A stretch of 64,000 bases of DNA from Lepidodermella squamata (taxonomy: Eukaryota; Animalia; Gastrotricha). The notes below the pieces were generated by a model. That model saw only the letters and a list, made by a program, of their open reading frames with translations. It made no database searches and had not been told where the DNA came from. Each line of letters starts with the position of its first letter. Position 1 is the stretch's first letter. Both the position numbers and the translations under genes were made by a program. Positions 22,123 through 37,204 of this stretch are shown here, one piece after another. The stretch covers positions 3,658,001 through 3,722,000 of the forward strand of contig JBLDXI010000017.1 of assembly GCA_047495785.1 (NCBI GenBank), written 5' to 3'.

Positions 22123-22393
22123 TGAAAGGTAGCCGAGCTGCCTTGACCTGGTTCGTTGGTTAACACAAGACGACTGAATGCCCAAATAACCACGTTTATT
22201 GCTAATAAGGATAATCACTAGTAACGAGCAACGAGCCCAAATGAATATAATTGGCGCATATTTATACGCTGGAAGCTGCGCCATTCATGCTTCCAGCGAC
22301 GCCACGTGGCACTAGCCCAATCGCCTGCGGCAAATAATAAGCATGAAGGACGAATGAATATAGAATACAATGAATAAGCCTAGACCCCTTACA
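22123..22393 (-). repeat. 5' LTR (271 bp)
   Basis: Identical by eye to 14511-14781; flanked by the TSD AGTAG and the PBS. Confidence 0.97.
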
Positions 22394-22755
22394 AGTAGTA
22401 TTATACCATATGAAGATATTTTTAGTTTTTAACGTCAGAGACTTTAAGCAGAAAATTCAAACAAATCGACTGGGAATAAAACATGCTTTTGGAATGTCTC
22501 TTTCAAACCACGCAATTTATCGGCCATCAGTTGATAGTTTATTATTGCGAGTTAAATCTTTATTACTCCTATCATCGTTTTATTTTGGGCCAGGACATCC
22601 TCACCTTGTTCACTATCTGTTAAACTGCTTCCAAAGTTGAAATCAAAGGACAAAGGAAGAATATTCTATTTTCGAAAACTTGGGATCCAGTTTTTAAGGA
22701 TTTCTCCGTTATTAGTGTATTATTTGATCCAACGTGATTTCATTTGACTTCCGCA

Positions 22756-25091
22756 ATGAAAATTTTGCTAACTGGTAATATTGATACTTGTTCAAATAAA
22801 TGTCAGTGACTGAACTATTTTTTACAGGAAGTACTGATATTTACGGACACGCACTGCTTTATATGTTTCTCAGAAGCGGAGGAACTGAAAATATCGCTAA
22901 TAATGCGACTGGAGATCGTTCATTTGTCCATAATCAACTCAGACCTTGCTTGAACATATTGAGTACGAACCCCTCGACTTGCGGAATATCGGTGGTTATT
23001 GATTTCCGAGATGCAACGTCCGCTGACGTGTTGCACACTGTCATCTCATCATTAATTATGACGGTAAGGAGATTTTATGCTGTGTATGGTGTATAGCTTG
23101 TATGTGTATGGTTGAAATGATGCAGTGTTGGAAATTCGGAATCAGTCCATGCCATGTCTATATACTCTCTATTTGATTTTCAGAACGAACTATGCCCAAA
23201 TATAGCCCTGTGTTATGCTATCGAGCCATCGTCGCGTCAGTTACGCCGTGCTCTCTGCCGACTGGTTAAGTGTGGCACTGAAGATTCGGGGAGAAATACA
23301 TCTACATTTAAGATTCCATTTCAGGTTCGATTTCTAAAATTTACCTATCGGATCCTTAATCTAGCTTTTCAGATAATGATTTTCTCAAACCAAAAAGGAC
23401 TTAAAGACCATATAAAGCCACAAATGTTACCAGAGGAACTTGGCGGTACTTTGCTGTTTGACGAAGTTTCTTACCTGCTGCAGATTGTAATTCCTTTAAT
23501 TTCTCTCTGGAAAGAAATAGTTCAAATCTTTTATATCTAGGCCGTCGTGGACACATTTGGGAAATTGAAAGCTTCAATTGCTGCGATGCATTCTTTCATT
23601 GAAAGTGCCTCTAATGGCGATATTCTGGATGGCGATGTATCATCATGGTTTGTTGATATTTTAAATTTACAAACCCTAGAATGATTGTTTGATACTGATT
23701 TTTCCACAGCGTAGAACAATTTTCGCAGTTGAGAGAGCAGGCCTTTGGGTTATATTCCCACCTGAAAAACGCTAACTTTGAAAAATTCGACCCGTTTCCG
23801 ATATTCCGAGTATGTTTGATTCAAACTATGCTAGATGAACAAATTAAAATGTTTTCATATTCAGAAACTGTTCGCAGAAGGTGACAGCTTACATTCTTTG
23901 GCTACACAAATACGAGCAATGCTGATTGAAAGGCAGCATCGGCTGAACGCATTTTCTTCATTGTGTTCCAAGCTTGGAGAAGTTGTGACGCCAATTTTCT
24001 TTTTTCTATGTTACATATATAATTATAGGCGGAAAATATCCTTCATGTTCTGGAGCAATTTTTATCAAATGCGAAAGAAAATCCGCTATCTTTACAGAAT
24101 GAAGGGTTTATAGCTGATCATTATTTGGTGAGTTATCAATCGAGTCCCTTAGTCACTTCTCGACTCTTATCGTCTGATAGATTGGACAGTTTTTCACTCG
24201 GGACAACCCTGAGAACGGCTTCGTCATGATGCTATCCGATCTGCGATATCTTTTGGAATCTGCTGACAACATCGCTGATGTTCAGCTTTCAAGTCAGTTG
24301 AAAACCGCCTTCGATTTGACGAGTCTTCTTGACCAGCTGGATCGTGTTGATAATCTATACTCGCAAGTGAAAGAATTTTTCCGTCCACCAACCCAATCTC
24401 AACCACCAATACAACAGACAAATGAGGCAAGTTTTCATTCCAGCATCATTCCTGCCTTAAAGTTATTCATGCATTCAGCCTCTTGAGGTGAGCTGTGCAT
24501 CCTCCCCCTGCCCTCCCAGCTCAAGCTCTATGTCCAGAGCTAGTTCGAACAACAAAACATCAATTATGACACCCAGCATCCCGGAGGTGTCTCCTATAGC
24601 TGGAGCAAGCCATGATAAAGCTTCATCCGAGCAAAACTTGACATCTGAAGGTGACTGGGCTAATGAGAAAGATTTCGGGTTAGGCAAAAGTCCATCTTTG
24701 ATTACAGTTCGGAGATTGATGCCAGAAAATGCGAAGCATACTGAAGGTGAACAGTTTACCTCGAACTCTTATTCTGCGAAGCCGTCCGTCCAACCATTGA
24801 TTCAGCGAAGACAGTAAGTGATTTCAATAAATTATGATCATTTAAAGTCACTCTGTGATTAGGATTACCGCCGCTCCATCGCCACTGCGACCATGCCTTG
24901 CTCTCTTGAATGAGGTTGTTTTTAAATTTGAGGCGCGAGTCGAAACCATATGCAACTCGCAACCAGCGATAAAACGATCGAGTGAAGCTGTTGCTGAGGC
25001 TAAAATTCTGCTGGAAAAGCTGACACTAATGCAGAAGAATATGTCCGACAGTGTGAAAAATACCGGCAGACTAATGAGTATTTCAAATTGA
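22756..25091 (+). CDS. CRAL-TRIO/SEC14 + helical (spectrin-like) protein, SESTD1-like; start uncertain
   Basis: Chain of short GT-AG-bounded exons: LLT|GSTDIYGHALLY, GISVVIDFRDA, LCPNIALCYAIEP, and GLKDHIKPQMLPEELGGTLLFD (CRAL-TRIO C-terminal motif), followed by helical exons. Confidence 0.6.
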
Positions 25092-26547
25092 GTTGTTGAG
25101 CTTGATATTTACGATATATTACCTCACTTTTGCACGATCGATTGGCGATTTATATATCCTGATTGACTTGAAATGCACATCCAAATAAAATTCGACACAA
25201 ACCAGTTTTGTTGGCTAGGAATAATTGTGTTTAAACGCGGTTTTCGGCAGGTTTAAGAAATTCCAGGGCTATAGCTATCATTTCAGGGTCCGGCATAAAA
25301 ACCATGTGGTGCTTTATGTGATTCATGTTCTTTTATTTTCATCTTCGACTTGCCACAAGCAAGGAACGGAAATAATCAAATCAAGATGATTGAATTTTCG
25401 TTAATATCAAAGTCATCAATGAAACAAGAAGTAATAAGTTATAATATTCAGACGCTCAAAACTCAATATTTAAACGTTAGTCGGTGACAATATCAATAAA
25501 TTGTTGGGATTGATGACGACGGGACTATACAATACATAAAATATCAAAAATGGCTGTTACAATGCAAGGTAACGACTAATTGCTGATGAGAAGAATACTG
25601 CAGCTGTAAAATTAAAATTTGAAATAGACTAAAAACAAGAGATAGGCAATTTTGATTATGCCTGACTCACAACTTGGCGCTGGGATACGCGGTGAAGTAT
25701 TTTGAATTGTGGAAACAAAAATCAAGCATGAGCGCGTAATTTCGAAAAGAAATGAATCAAACCATGCATATTCTGGTATGTGGCTACCGATCTCTCAACT
25801 ATGAAGCAATATTAATGAAGCTTGAAGTTGTCGAGCAACATTTCCTTTGATATAACCAGACTTTGATTACATAAGGAATAAAAACGCGTGTCAATGATTC
25901 GAAAATCTTTTTACGGGTTCAGAATCGATGAATTCACTCGAGATGAACAGTCACTTATCAGAATATAAATAATTGCTAAATAGTTGCCGCATGATAGGGT
26001 AGAATTAAAAAAATCACCAACAAGAGTACAATAGAAATGTTGCCCCAATTCTCTCGGCTTCAAGATTAAAATATTACGTGATTATCATACGAACACACGG
26101 ATTCGAACAAAAAAAGAGGCGCAGCACTAACGACGGGCAAGCTAGTGGCTCGGAAGATGAAAGCTGAGAGAGATAGGTAAATAATTAAGGATCGCCCGCT
26201 CTTGCTGCTTTATTTTTATTGCTACTTTAAAATAGGAGACTATCGATGGGCTCTGCTGATCACGAGTTATTGTCGGCCCGATACAAAACTAAAACATTTT
26301 CAGGTAATTCTCATATCTCGATAAAACATGATAGGTCAAAAAATGACCCGCAGATTGGATCTTCTAATTCCCTTAAGAGTAACTGCCGTGAGGCGCAAGC
26401 TGGGCGAAATAATATGATACACGAAATCTAAGTCAGCTTTCGACTGTTTGACGCTAATATCTTGATTGACAGGAGAGACATTTATGTTGGACAATATAAC
26501 GAAGCAAGACGCCAAAAACGGCAGCTGGTCGTGATATTCATCAGCGA

Positions 26548-28452
<1,905 letters not shown>

Positions 28453-28824
28453 ATATGCAACGCTAACAACGCTTGATCATTTTTTCATGAAAAACCTATT
28501 TGATTAATGTACCACATATGGACAAGTGTGAAATTTGAAATTTGATGACCGCCAATAGAAAGTAACCAGTTCGCTGCTCCAGAAAAATGATAGTTTCACG
28601 TTGTTATTGAATTTCAACGACCACAAAAAAGTCTCTGTAGGGCAGCAATTCTTGCTACGACGAAGAGACTCAGACGACACAGCGATGATGAGGCTGTTAG
28701 CGAGGGGGCGTCGCGCGTGGTTATGACCGCTAATAAACAGGCGCAGAAACGTGCCGATCGGCGACGATGACGCTGCGCAAAATAGTGGTGTCGAAGAGGC
28801 GCAACCGAGTTAACACGCGCGTGA

Positions 28825-28836
28825 TGAAACCTGATA
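28825..28836. promoter_or_regulatory. SIX1/2 (MEF3-type) binding site, candidate autoregulatory element
   Basis: TGAAACCTGATA (contains the reverse complement of TCAGGTTTC), about 370 bp upstream of the Six1/2 ATG. Confidence 0.45.
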
Positions 28837-31328
28837 GCGGGCGCCTAGCTGCGCGCGCGCGCGGCTAATCAGCAATGATCGATTTCGAAGAAGCGGGTGC
28901 TACAAAGCATGTGCCATGCATGAGGAGATAGAAGAGAAAAAACGAGCGGGCGCTGAAAACGCAGGGGCGTGCGAGAGTGGCTCGAACCACGGCGCTGGAA
29001 CAATGCGCCGGGCATATTTGCGAACGACCAGCGCGGCTGTCTAAAATAATGAATTGGCCGAGCGGCGAAACACCGGATATAATGACGGTGACGATGATAG
29101 GCGGGCAAAACCGCCGGTGACCAGCCGCCACCCAGCGGCGTACCTGTTCCCGCTGCTGTTTGAGACACGCATTAACAGCTGTGCTGGAGAGAGAGAGATG
29201 GCTGGCCGCGATGGCAGCCCGCGGCGGGCGCATCGGCCTTCGAGGCCGCGTTGAGTACCATTTATTACAAAGGACATACGCTCGTCGCTGGCACGCTGCC
29301 GTTCTGCTGCGCCGATGGCCGCCTCGCGATGAGAAACCGATGTGTGCCGTCGCCGTCGGAGTCTTCGTACTTGACGGCGGCGCTGCCAAGTGGTTTTTAC
29401 GATGCGCGCAAAAACTACGCCACCGCCGTGCGCACCGGCAGCCTAGTTCCCGGTTGCCGAAGTCAAACATAAGACCGGTGGTAGTGGCTAATGCTGAAGC
29501 GATGACACGGGCCCCGCTGCGGCGCGTCCAAGCAAAAAGTCAAACAACGTCGGTTATTTATGCACTCGAACGCTGAGCAAATGTGCACACACCGCGCCGC
29601 GCCGCATATCAATATTGCTCGTCGTCAGGCTTTGCTGCCTCTCGATGGCTCTTGTCGTTGTCTCATTCCCATGCCTAAAAAAGTAGCCGCACTACAGCCG
29701 CGCTGTATGCACATGCGCCAAAAAACACGCTTGACAGCCAGCGCGTGCGTGTGTCTATGTGTGTGTGATACCTGTGCTCAAGACGATGAAATCGTTTGAG
29801 CCAAAAAAAGACGTGAGTCCATTCGTGTTCTCGGCTAAGCTGCGTTCGACGCGATTTTTCGGATAAATAACAATCAACAAAAAGGTGCTAATGGCTCCGC
29901 GGCGCCAGGTAGCAAAAATAAATAAACGCGCCAAAAGATGCGCAGTGCATCATCATCATCATCAATTTAGCCGCATCAGGTCTATCGCGGCGCTGATTAC
30001 TACGTATTGTTGTTAATAGCAGCCGAATTGCAGCCAAATTAGAGACATGCTGGTGAATAGCAAAAATAAAGGGCCGAATATAAGGCGGGAGGTACTTGCG
30101 CGCGGTAATGATCATTATCTCACCGTGTTGAACACGCGCTTTTACGACGCTGAGTATAACCATTTTTTCACAAGCGCCCCATGTACCGCGATCTTGCATG
30201 CTGTAATACCTCTTGCCGGCCTGGCAAAAACGAAGCAACAACTGCGCTATTTACATTCAGAAACATAAACAGACAGCTTTTGCTTAGTTTCCAGCCTGCT
30301 CATCGATGGCTAGTGGGCAGGGCGTAATGGCGTACCTGGACGCGATTGCATCGCTCTGGGTGCTTGCCATTAGCCGTCACTCCGCCGATGAGCTACATTG
30401 GGCTGGGGCCGCAATGTTACTTGGGAAAAAATTTAGCGACGAAAAGCTGTTCGATGGAAAGCTGAAAATCACACGATTCGACGAGAGCGGCGTCTGTAAA
30501 CCAGCGTGTGATGCCTTTGAGGCGCGGCTGTTATCCGATCCGGCTGCAAATGGTGCGCTAAATTTTATTGGGCGTTGCAACAATTTCGCTGCACATCGAC
30601 AGCAGCGGCCGGCGAGCAGTTTGCGCTACGATAATTAGATTACACGTGACTGAAGCGCGGGTGCGATGCCTTATCCAGAGCCATCAAAATTTCAGACCGC
30701 AGTGCTCTATTGCACAAGCGACTGCAGATATTATCGCTACAAACTGCTGTTTCAGCAATGGCAACGGAAACAATGATCGAATTTGAGCTATATTCCACAT
30801 TTGAAATATTAAATCTAAATGTTCTCTCGGGCCGCGCACCAGGTATACTTTAAAAAAGTGCAACTGTTCGCAAGAACTTGGGGAGTCAGTTCGATTGAGG
30901 TGCACTTTGGGGCTGATATTTTTATTCAAACTTAATTTTTCTTCCTTCATTAGGCAAATTCAGCATAAACGGCATCGGTATTAGTCATCTGCTTCCGTGA
31001 ATGCCAAATTAAGTGTATATCATTTTGTACTCGCTTTTACCAACCCGGTAAAACGGAATGTCAGCAACGTGCGCTGTTGAAAAACATCATTTTTTGTTTT
31101 GCAGTGTTTTATTATACAAAGTCATGTATGGAATATTATGGACAACAGCAGAAGCATTTCGAGGCATATGAAAAAACGAAGAATTAAACCATTTATTTTA
31201 ATAACGATTCGCTTGAAAAAACACAAGCTGCAAGAGCATTTTGAAGTCACGGTAATAATCTCATCAACGCGATCCGAAACCAAAATATATTGGTGCAAAC
31301 AATAAATAATCCGCAAATCAAAGCATGA

Positions 31329-34300
31329 TTAAACTTTCGCTGTTTCCTTCTTTTTGATTTCGCCAAAGCCTTCAATCAAAGATTTTATTTTACACAACGA
31401 GAGCTCGATATTTTGCAAAAGCAAAGGCGCATTCGTATTAGGGCGATCCGATAGAAAGGCCAGTGTGAAAAAGGCAAGTTCGTCGCCATTCGACGCGTAG
31501 AATACACCGTAGCCACCGTAGTTCATCGGAACACAGCATCCAAGTTCGCCATAGTTGCCCGAGTACGAAGTTGAGAGTCGGAATGACCCATCACCTATGA
31601 AAAAAAGGAAATTCAATCATGATTCATTGGAACGGATGGATGATAAAAAATACCTCCGGCAAGTTTCCAACTTGGATCAGAAAATATTTCAGGCACAGGT
31701 TTTTCCGGAAACTTCGATGCAGCCAAGTATCGTAGTGCAAGTAAATGCCGGTCTAATCCTTTGCCGCGGGAGCACACTAAATCACAAATGTTGAAAGACA
31801 AGGCATTGGCATAATGAACGTAGCAATTTTCAGTAGAGACTCGGAATTGAGTTAGTGATTAAAAGTGACACAACAACGCTAAGAAGAACCAACAAAGTTT
31901 CAAATTAAAAGGGGTCAACTTATTAATTAATACGCACCACTTTCTGCTTCTTCGGGACAATCTCTAATTCAATTTCTTACTTTTTCTAATTTGTGATGGA
32001 TTTGTGGAAATGATACTTCTGAAATACAGTGAAAATTATCGTAACCGGACAACTTTGGGTGGCTCGATCCGATAGCGCGGACTTACTAATTTCATGTGAT
32101 AAACAAGAATCTCCTGAACGGACTGGACTGGTAGTCTCAAGCCTCAAGCCTCAACCAGACCAATTTTGGGGTCAAAGTCCAGTTTGGGCATGAAAAAGAG
32201 GAAACTTTTATACAGGATTTGGAGAAATTCCAGCACTTGCCAGATAAGAGTCGCTTTATAAATTCTGGATCGCCGAATCATCCCGTATCGATTATGAAAT
32301 TCGATTTTAGGTATACACAGATTTGTGACTTTGTTACCCAAAAATATTTAAAATCTTGTAGAATGTGTAAATCCTAAATTTGTCTATATAATTCCTATCG
32401 CCCCAAGTCATTTTACCTTAGTCCGATTTAGATAACTTTCACTAGATACAAAAAAACAGCATGAATGCTTCAAAGTGGTCCAAAAGGTCTGGTAGAAAAT
32501 CATCCGAAGAACCAAACTTTCAATGTGGAATCCCAGTCGATACGCGATAACTTGAGAGACTCATGACCTATTTCCCGGACGACTCTCGTGCACAGTTTGA
32601 CGCTTCTATTGAGCCCTAATTTCAGGAATGTAACGTTTAGTAGCTATTTTTAGACGAACGCTGACGAATTCAGCACCAGCTCAAGTTACTAATACGCCTG
32701 CCCAAACGACAGGTATATGGCTTATAAATCTCGTGACGCAAGTCGACGGTGCAAAGAATATTTTTAGGAATAGGAAAAATAATTACGAGATGTCAACTGC
32801 GTGTGATTGTCATGTGCTGCTTTGAACAGGCGCCACTGCTCAGAAAGTGGTAAAGGAGGAACGCTAACTGCAGATCGACAGAACGCCAGCATCGGTTTCG
32901 TCAAGCTGCGAATAGTTTCCGTCCGACCTGTCATGAGCCAATTAATAAAACGAGGTCAAGAAAACTTGAAGGGAAATTCCTTACCATGGTAATATCTTCG
33001 AGTGGATGCTGTTTTATACACAGTCGCTAGCGTTCCATGAGTACGAAGATGAGCCATTTGCAAGGCGATTTGAGCAACCGAATCAATAGACAAGCCATAA
33101 TTGTTCGTGAACTTGGATCCAAACAGCAGGCACTGGTTGTGAGCTATGTCGACATTATTCGCGAACGCTCTCGTGATTGCGAGGTTCTGTGATTACACTT
33201 TAGGACATCCACAAACTACAGTTTTTTGTGAAACTATACCCGGTAGATAACCTCATGCGCATAATTCTCATCGAGACCGTCGAAAACGAGCTCTTCCGGT
33301 GGCCGTACAGCTTGTGGAGTTTCAGGCATTCGCGTCATTCCTACCGCGCCATTAAACTTCGGAACTATAACATTGTCAACGTAATAGCCAACGACGCACT
33401 GAGATATGGCAACTTTAAGCAAAGATTCAGTGAAATGGTATTTGGATATACATGAATGATTCCTTCGACGGGAGTATGTTCACAGTAAGAGTTTACACGG
33501 CCATCTGGATACATCACATAGCTCGCAGTTTTATCGGCCCATCGATTTTCCGGGTTTCCGAACAAGGAAGTCCAGGTCCTATAAAAGTTACCTTACGATA
33601 ACCAAGTAACGGAAGTAGAAACTTACATTTGTGCAATGCTTCGAGGATTTGAATCCTCGAGAATCAAACAAAAAATCGAATTCTCAATTTTTGTGAAGTT
33701 ATCCGCGTTACGCTTGCTTTTTTCATCGAGCCATGATCTGAGCTTGGCCCACCTGAAAATCACAATTGGTTGCTTATTTCTCATATTCATTTCAGATGGT
33801 AACTAACTCGTCGCGGTTCGCGTATGTCATCGACCCTAAGCCAAGGCATTTCCCCTTCTCGCGAACAATGTCAATAATGTTGACTATTTGCCGATGAATT
33901 TGAACTGGGTTCAGCCCAAGCGCATCAATTGAAAATAATCGGTTTCCACAGATAACAATGACGTTTGATGGACACGATTGAGATTCCTCTAGGGTCCGAA
34001 AATTCATCAAATATTGATCAACGCCGATGCATGGTCGTCGGCAAGCGTTGAAAACTGATCGAAATTGATTCATTGAGAAAAATTCCTTGCGAGCGTTCTG
34101 TTCAGGCTTGATTACACTGTTCGAGCGCAGCACTTTCCAATACTCATAGATCGAAAATATGAAAACTGCAGCATTCCACGGCAACACATCACTTTCGCTT
34201 TTCAAATCGGCAGCAGTCAACAGCGGGTAAAGCCGTTTTGGCCCGCCATAATTTATCCAAAGTGCTGAAGATTCACGCATTGACAAGTAGGCATGTAACC

Positions 34301-34568
34301 AGTATGGCTCAAGCCAATTACGCTGCTTTGCCGCTTCCGCGACAAATATTTCTTGCAATTGACGACCATCGCTACTCTGAAAGCTATCAACTATTTTCTT
34401 CGTCGTGGCGAATCGACGTTGTCGTTCGTCATCAGAAAACGAATCGCACATCAACACAGCTTCAACAGACTCCAGATACATTTTCAAAGTGTGATCTAAT
34501 TCTGGAATTGGTAGTGATGGCAAAGACTCGTCTTGACCAAATGTTGTAAAAGGCTCCGAGGATGCCAT
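31329..34568 (-). CDS. CROT: Peroxisomal carnitine O-octanoyltransferase
   Basis: TFGQDESLPSLPIPEL, RNWLEPYW, SMNQFRSVFNACRRP, NRWADK, catalytic EHTPVEG, GKGLDRHLLAL, GGDGSFRLSTS, GYGVFY, and a PTS1-like C-terminus AKV. Confidence 0.9.
32027..32444. mobile_element. Decayed pogo/Tigger-like MITE inside the 1 kb CROT intron
   Basis: TA|cagtgaaaattatcgtaaccggac versus gtccgatttagataactttcacta: a 19/24 inverted match. Confidence 0.55.
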
Positions 34569-34758
34569 ACTTGAAAATAGTGAAAGAAAAAGTCTAAATA
34601 TGTACGTATTAAGCAGATATTATAAATTTTACTGATTTTACTGATGAAGAGATATGTATCAGAAATATGGCAATTACAAAACCTTGAGCAAATACTTTGC
34701 AGACAGATCATCAGATCAAACAAAACGTCAAAAATCAACAGGTAAGTTCTGGATATTT

Positions 34759-35742
34759 TCATCGCCAAGCATGAGCTGTGACGCCAAAATAGAATTCGGG
34801 CGGAGGGCGAAAATAAGGATCGCGCAGTGTCTGAAGCTCGCGATCGCTCAAAGCAGCAACAGATCCAGCGTTACCCAATCCAATTGCGTTACTTCCAGCA
34901 GATTCCGGTGGCGCAGCGGGGGCTTCCAATTCCTGACGGGTTACAGAAATAGTCGTTTCACGCCACCAATGATGGGGTGTTTCACTGGTCGCAGACACGT
35001 TGTCTCTATTGCTGGCAGAGTAGTTGGAATTTGAAAGAGAGCGGCGGTAGTCGAAGTTGAACTTTTTGGGCGGCAGCAATCTTCTCAGATCTTGATTTCG
35101 CTGAGGCAGATGATGATTTCGCTGATTAGGTTTATGGCCATAGATTACCAAATTCTTCTCTATTGCCGCCGTAACAGCCAATGGCATGCCACGATGCATT
35201 GCGCCGTTCAAGAACTTGATTGCGGAATCAGCATCGGTTTCGCTGTCGAAATACTGATAAAATATACACATTGCATCAAGACACATGTTAGGAATCAGGA
35301 ATCACTGTTGGCTATGCGTAAAATGGCGGCTTTACTGATAATAGAGTTATGGACATTATATTTTTCTAGCTCGCGGTTGGGGCACGTTCGACGACACACA
35401 TTGCCTGTGGTCGATGTGTGTTTACATATATGCCGTGACGTCTGAAATGCCCTGAGCGCGGGCAGCAGGTGTGAGCCCATAGCAGTTGTAGTGCTAGCAA
35501 ATGAGCCCATTGTGAAAAAATCAGCAATATGGGCCAGGCCGCCATTTTGACGCGTGGCTAACGAGTAGTTGATAACCTACCACGTATGCGTATCGCTTTG
35601 TTCCATTAATTTCCAAATCTGATGGCACGGAACCATACTGCTCAAACAGATTTCGAAGCTCGTGATAAGTTGTTTGATCCGAGATGGGAGTGACATGAAG
35701 TTTGAATCTGCCATCAGAAGTTGGCTTCAGGCTGCTAGACAT
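34759..35742 (-). CDS. Single-RRM RNA-binding protein (divergent, possibly RBM4/lark-like)
   Basis: KLHVTPISDQTTYHELRNLFEQYGSV..KRYAYV spliced to YFDSETDADSAIKFLNGAMHRGMPLAV completes one RRM. Confidence 0.7.
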
Positions 35743-37204
35743 TACAAAACCGAAGTGTCTATAAAACCGCAAGATAGCTTAGAACAAATCCTTTTCGTCA
35801 CTAGAGAATCAAGAAAAAAATGTGTTCTAGTTCCGCGACACGTGACATTCAGTTCAACCGATAATAATGAATAAGATAATCAGACTCTACCTAACTGAAG
35901 AATATTTAACACTGATCTAATAAGTAAAAGTAAGGCTATTTTTGTTATTGAGCTTTTGTTGAGAAGAGATTCTTTACATACTTTTTCTCAACGCGTTGGG
36001 TAGGGGATAGGGTACTGGCAATTGACAGGCCAGGCGCCGCGAACAATTCAACGAAATGAAAATAATGCCAGCGTGGGGGATGGTCAGAATAGCAGCTGAG
36101 ATGACTTGACTCGCTGCAAAGTTCTTCTACTGAACGCTCATAACCGATCGCGCGTGCTTAAATTGCACTACCATGGGCGTATAAGTTTTTCCCGTTGATT
36201 TTTTTCGAGCGAGAAACCTACATTCAATCGATAGAGAATTGGGCGATTTATATTTTGGCGTATAAACCGACATCATTATGAGAACTTAGCCTTTGACATG
36301 ACAGCGGACAGCGCGCGGTATTAAGGGAGCTTTCTGGCCAGGTCTTCAGGTCGGGGCTGAGCTTCAACAAACTTCAACTGACTTGAATTGTGACCTGTGG
36401 CGGGTTAACGCGCTAAATTCAAATTTTCAAAAAATTAATATATCAATAGTTTTGCAGGATTTTGTTTAGAAGATTTCAACACAAAACCCAAAAATTAATG
36501 CGAAAATGGAATGGTAAAACGCGTGTAATCTGGTCTCGACCCATCAGCTGTCAAGCCGCCCAAAATCACTGTTCGACGGTTTGCTTCATCGTCCTTGTGA
36601 TGAGTGATGACGACGGACGACGGGTTCTAGTTTAAAGCTTAAGCTGTTAGCTAAGCACTCAACAAGTTTTTACCTGTGAAAATACATTTACCGTTTACCT
36701 ACTGCAGTGTTTTGGGTTTCAAGTTTTGTCTTACCCTCATTTTAAAGAGCAAAAAACCGTCATCCTAACTTCCGCTGATTGTCGAATTTTGTCGATGAAT
36801 CTTAGCTAGGTAATTCGTAATTATTATTATTATCTCTCTCTCTGTAACCATGATACTTTCACGATACACTGCCCTTATGCTTATGTGTTGCGATCATTGG
36901 CCTCTCTTAATTGAGTTACATCCAACTGCCAACTTCAATTGTTTTAGAAATGCTAATCTAACGCCATGTGAAGTCTGTTATAAGCCACGGTTTCAACGTG
37001 TGCAGGCTTCGAGGAATGGAGAGGTATGGTTCTGTGTGTTTGTTTGCTCTTTCTTCTATGGAAAAATATCAGAGCTTGAACCGGTTCTTTATCATCATCT
37101 ATCATCTAAATCATCATCTCTATCTACATAGTATCTATATACTTATTTCATCTATATAATTTATATAAACATCTAGGGCAAGCCGTTTTAGTTATTATAT
37201 AGTA

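Larger units (their letters stand above)
14511..22393 (-). mobile_element. Ty3/gypsy LTR retrotransposon; recent, RT-deleted (non-autonomous), with an extra ORF3
   Basis: Two 271-bp LTRs (TGTAAG...CTTTCA on -), identical by eye. 5-bp TSD AGTAG at 14506-14510 and 22394-22398, plus PBS and PPT. Domain order is gag, PR, RH, IN. Confidence 0.97.

Noticed and set aside
21895-22284. 129-aa ORF fusing the LTR to the duplicated pol patch (also LTR ORF 14481-14672)
   Set aside because: The ATG lies upstream of the LTR TATA box, so it is unlikely to be transcribed; it is a by-product of the patch.
28865-29799. Overlapping Arg/Ala-rich ORFs upstream of Six1/2
   Set aside because: These are expected in GC-rich regulatory DNA; no domains or splice logic support them.
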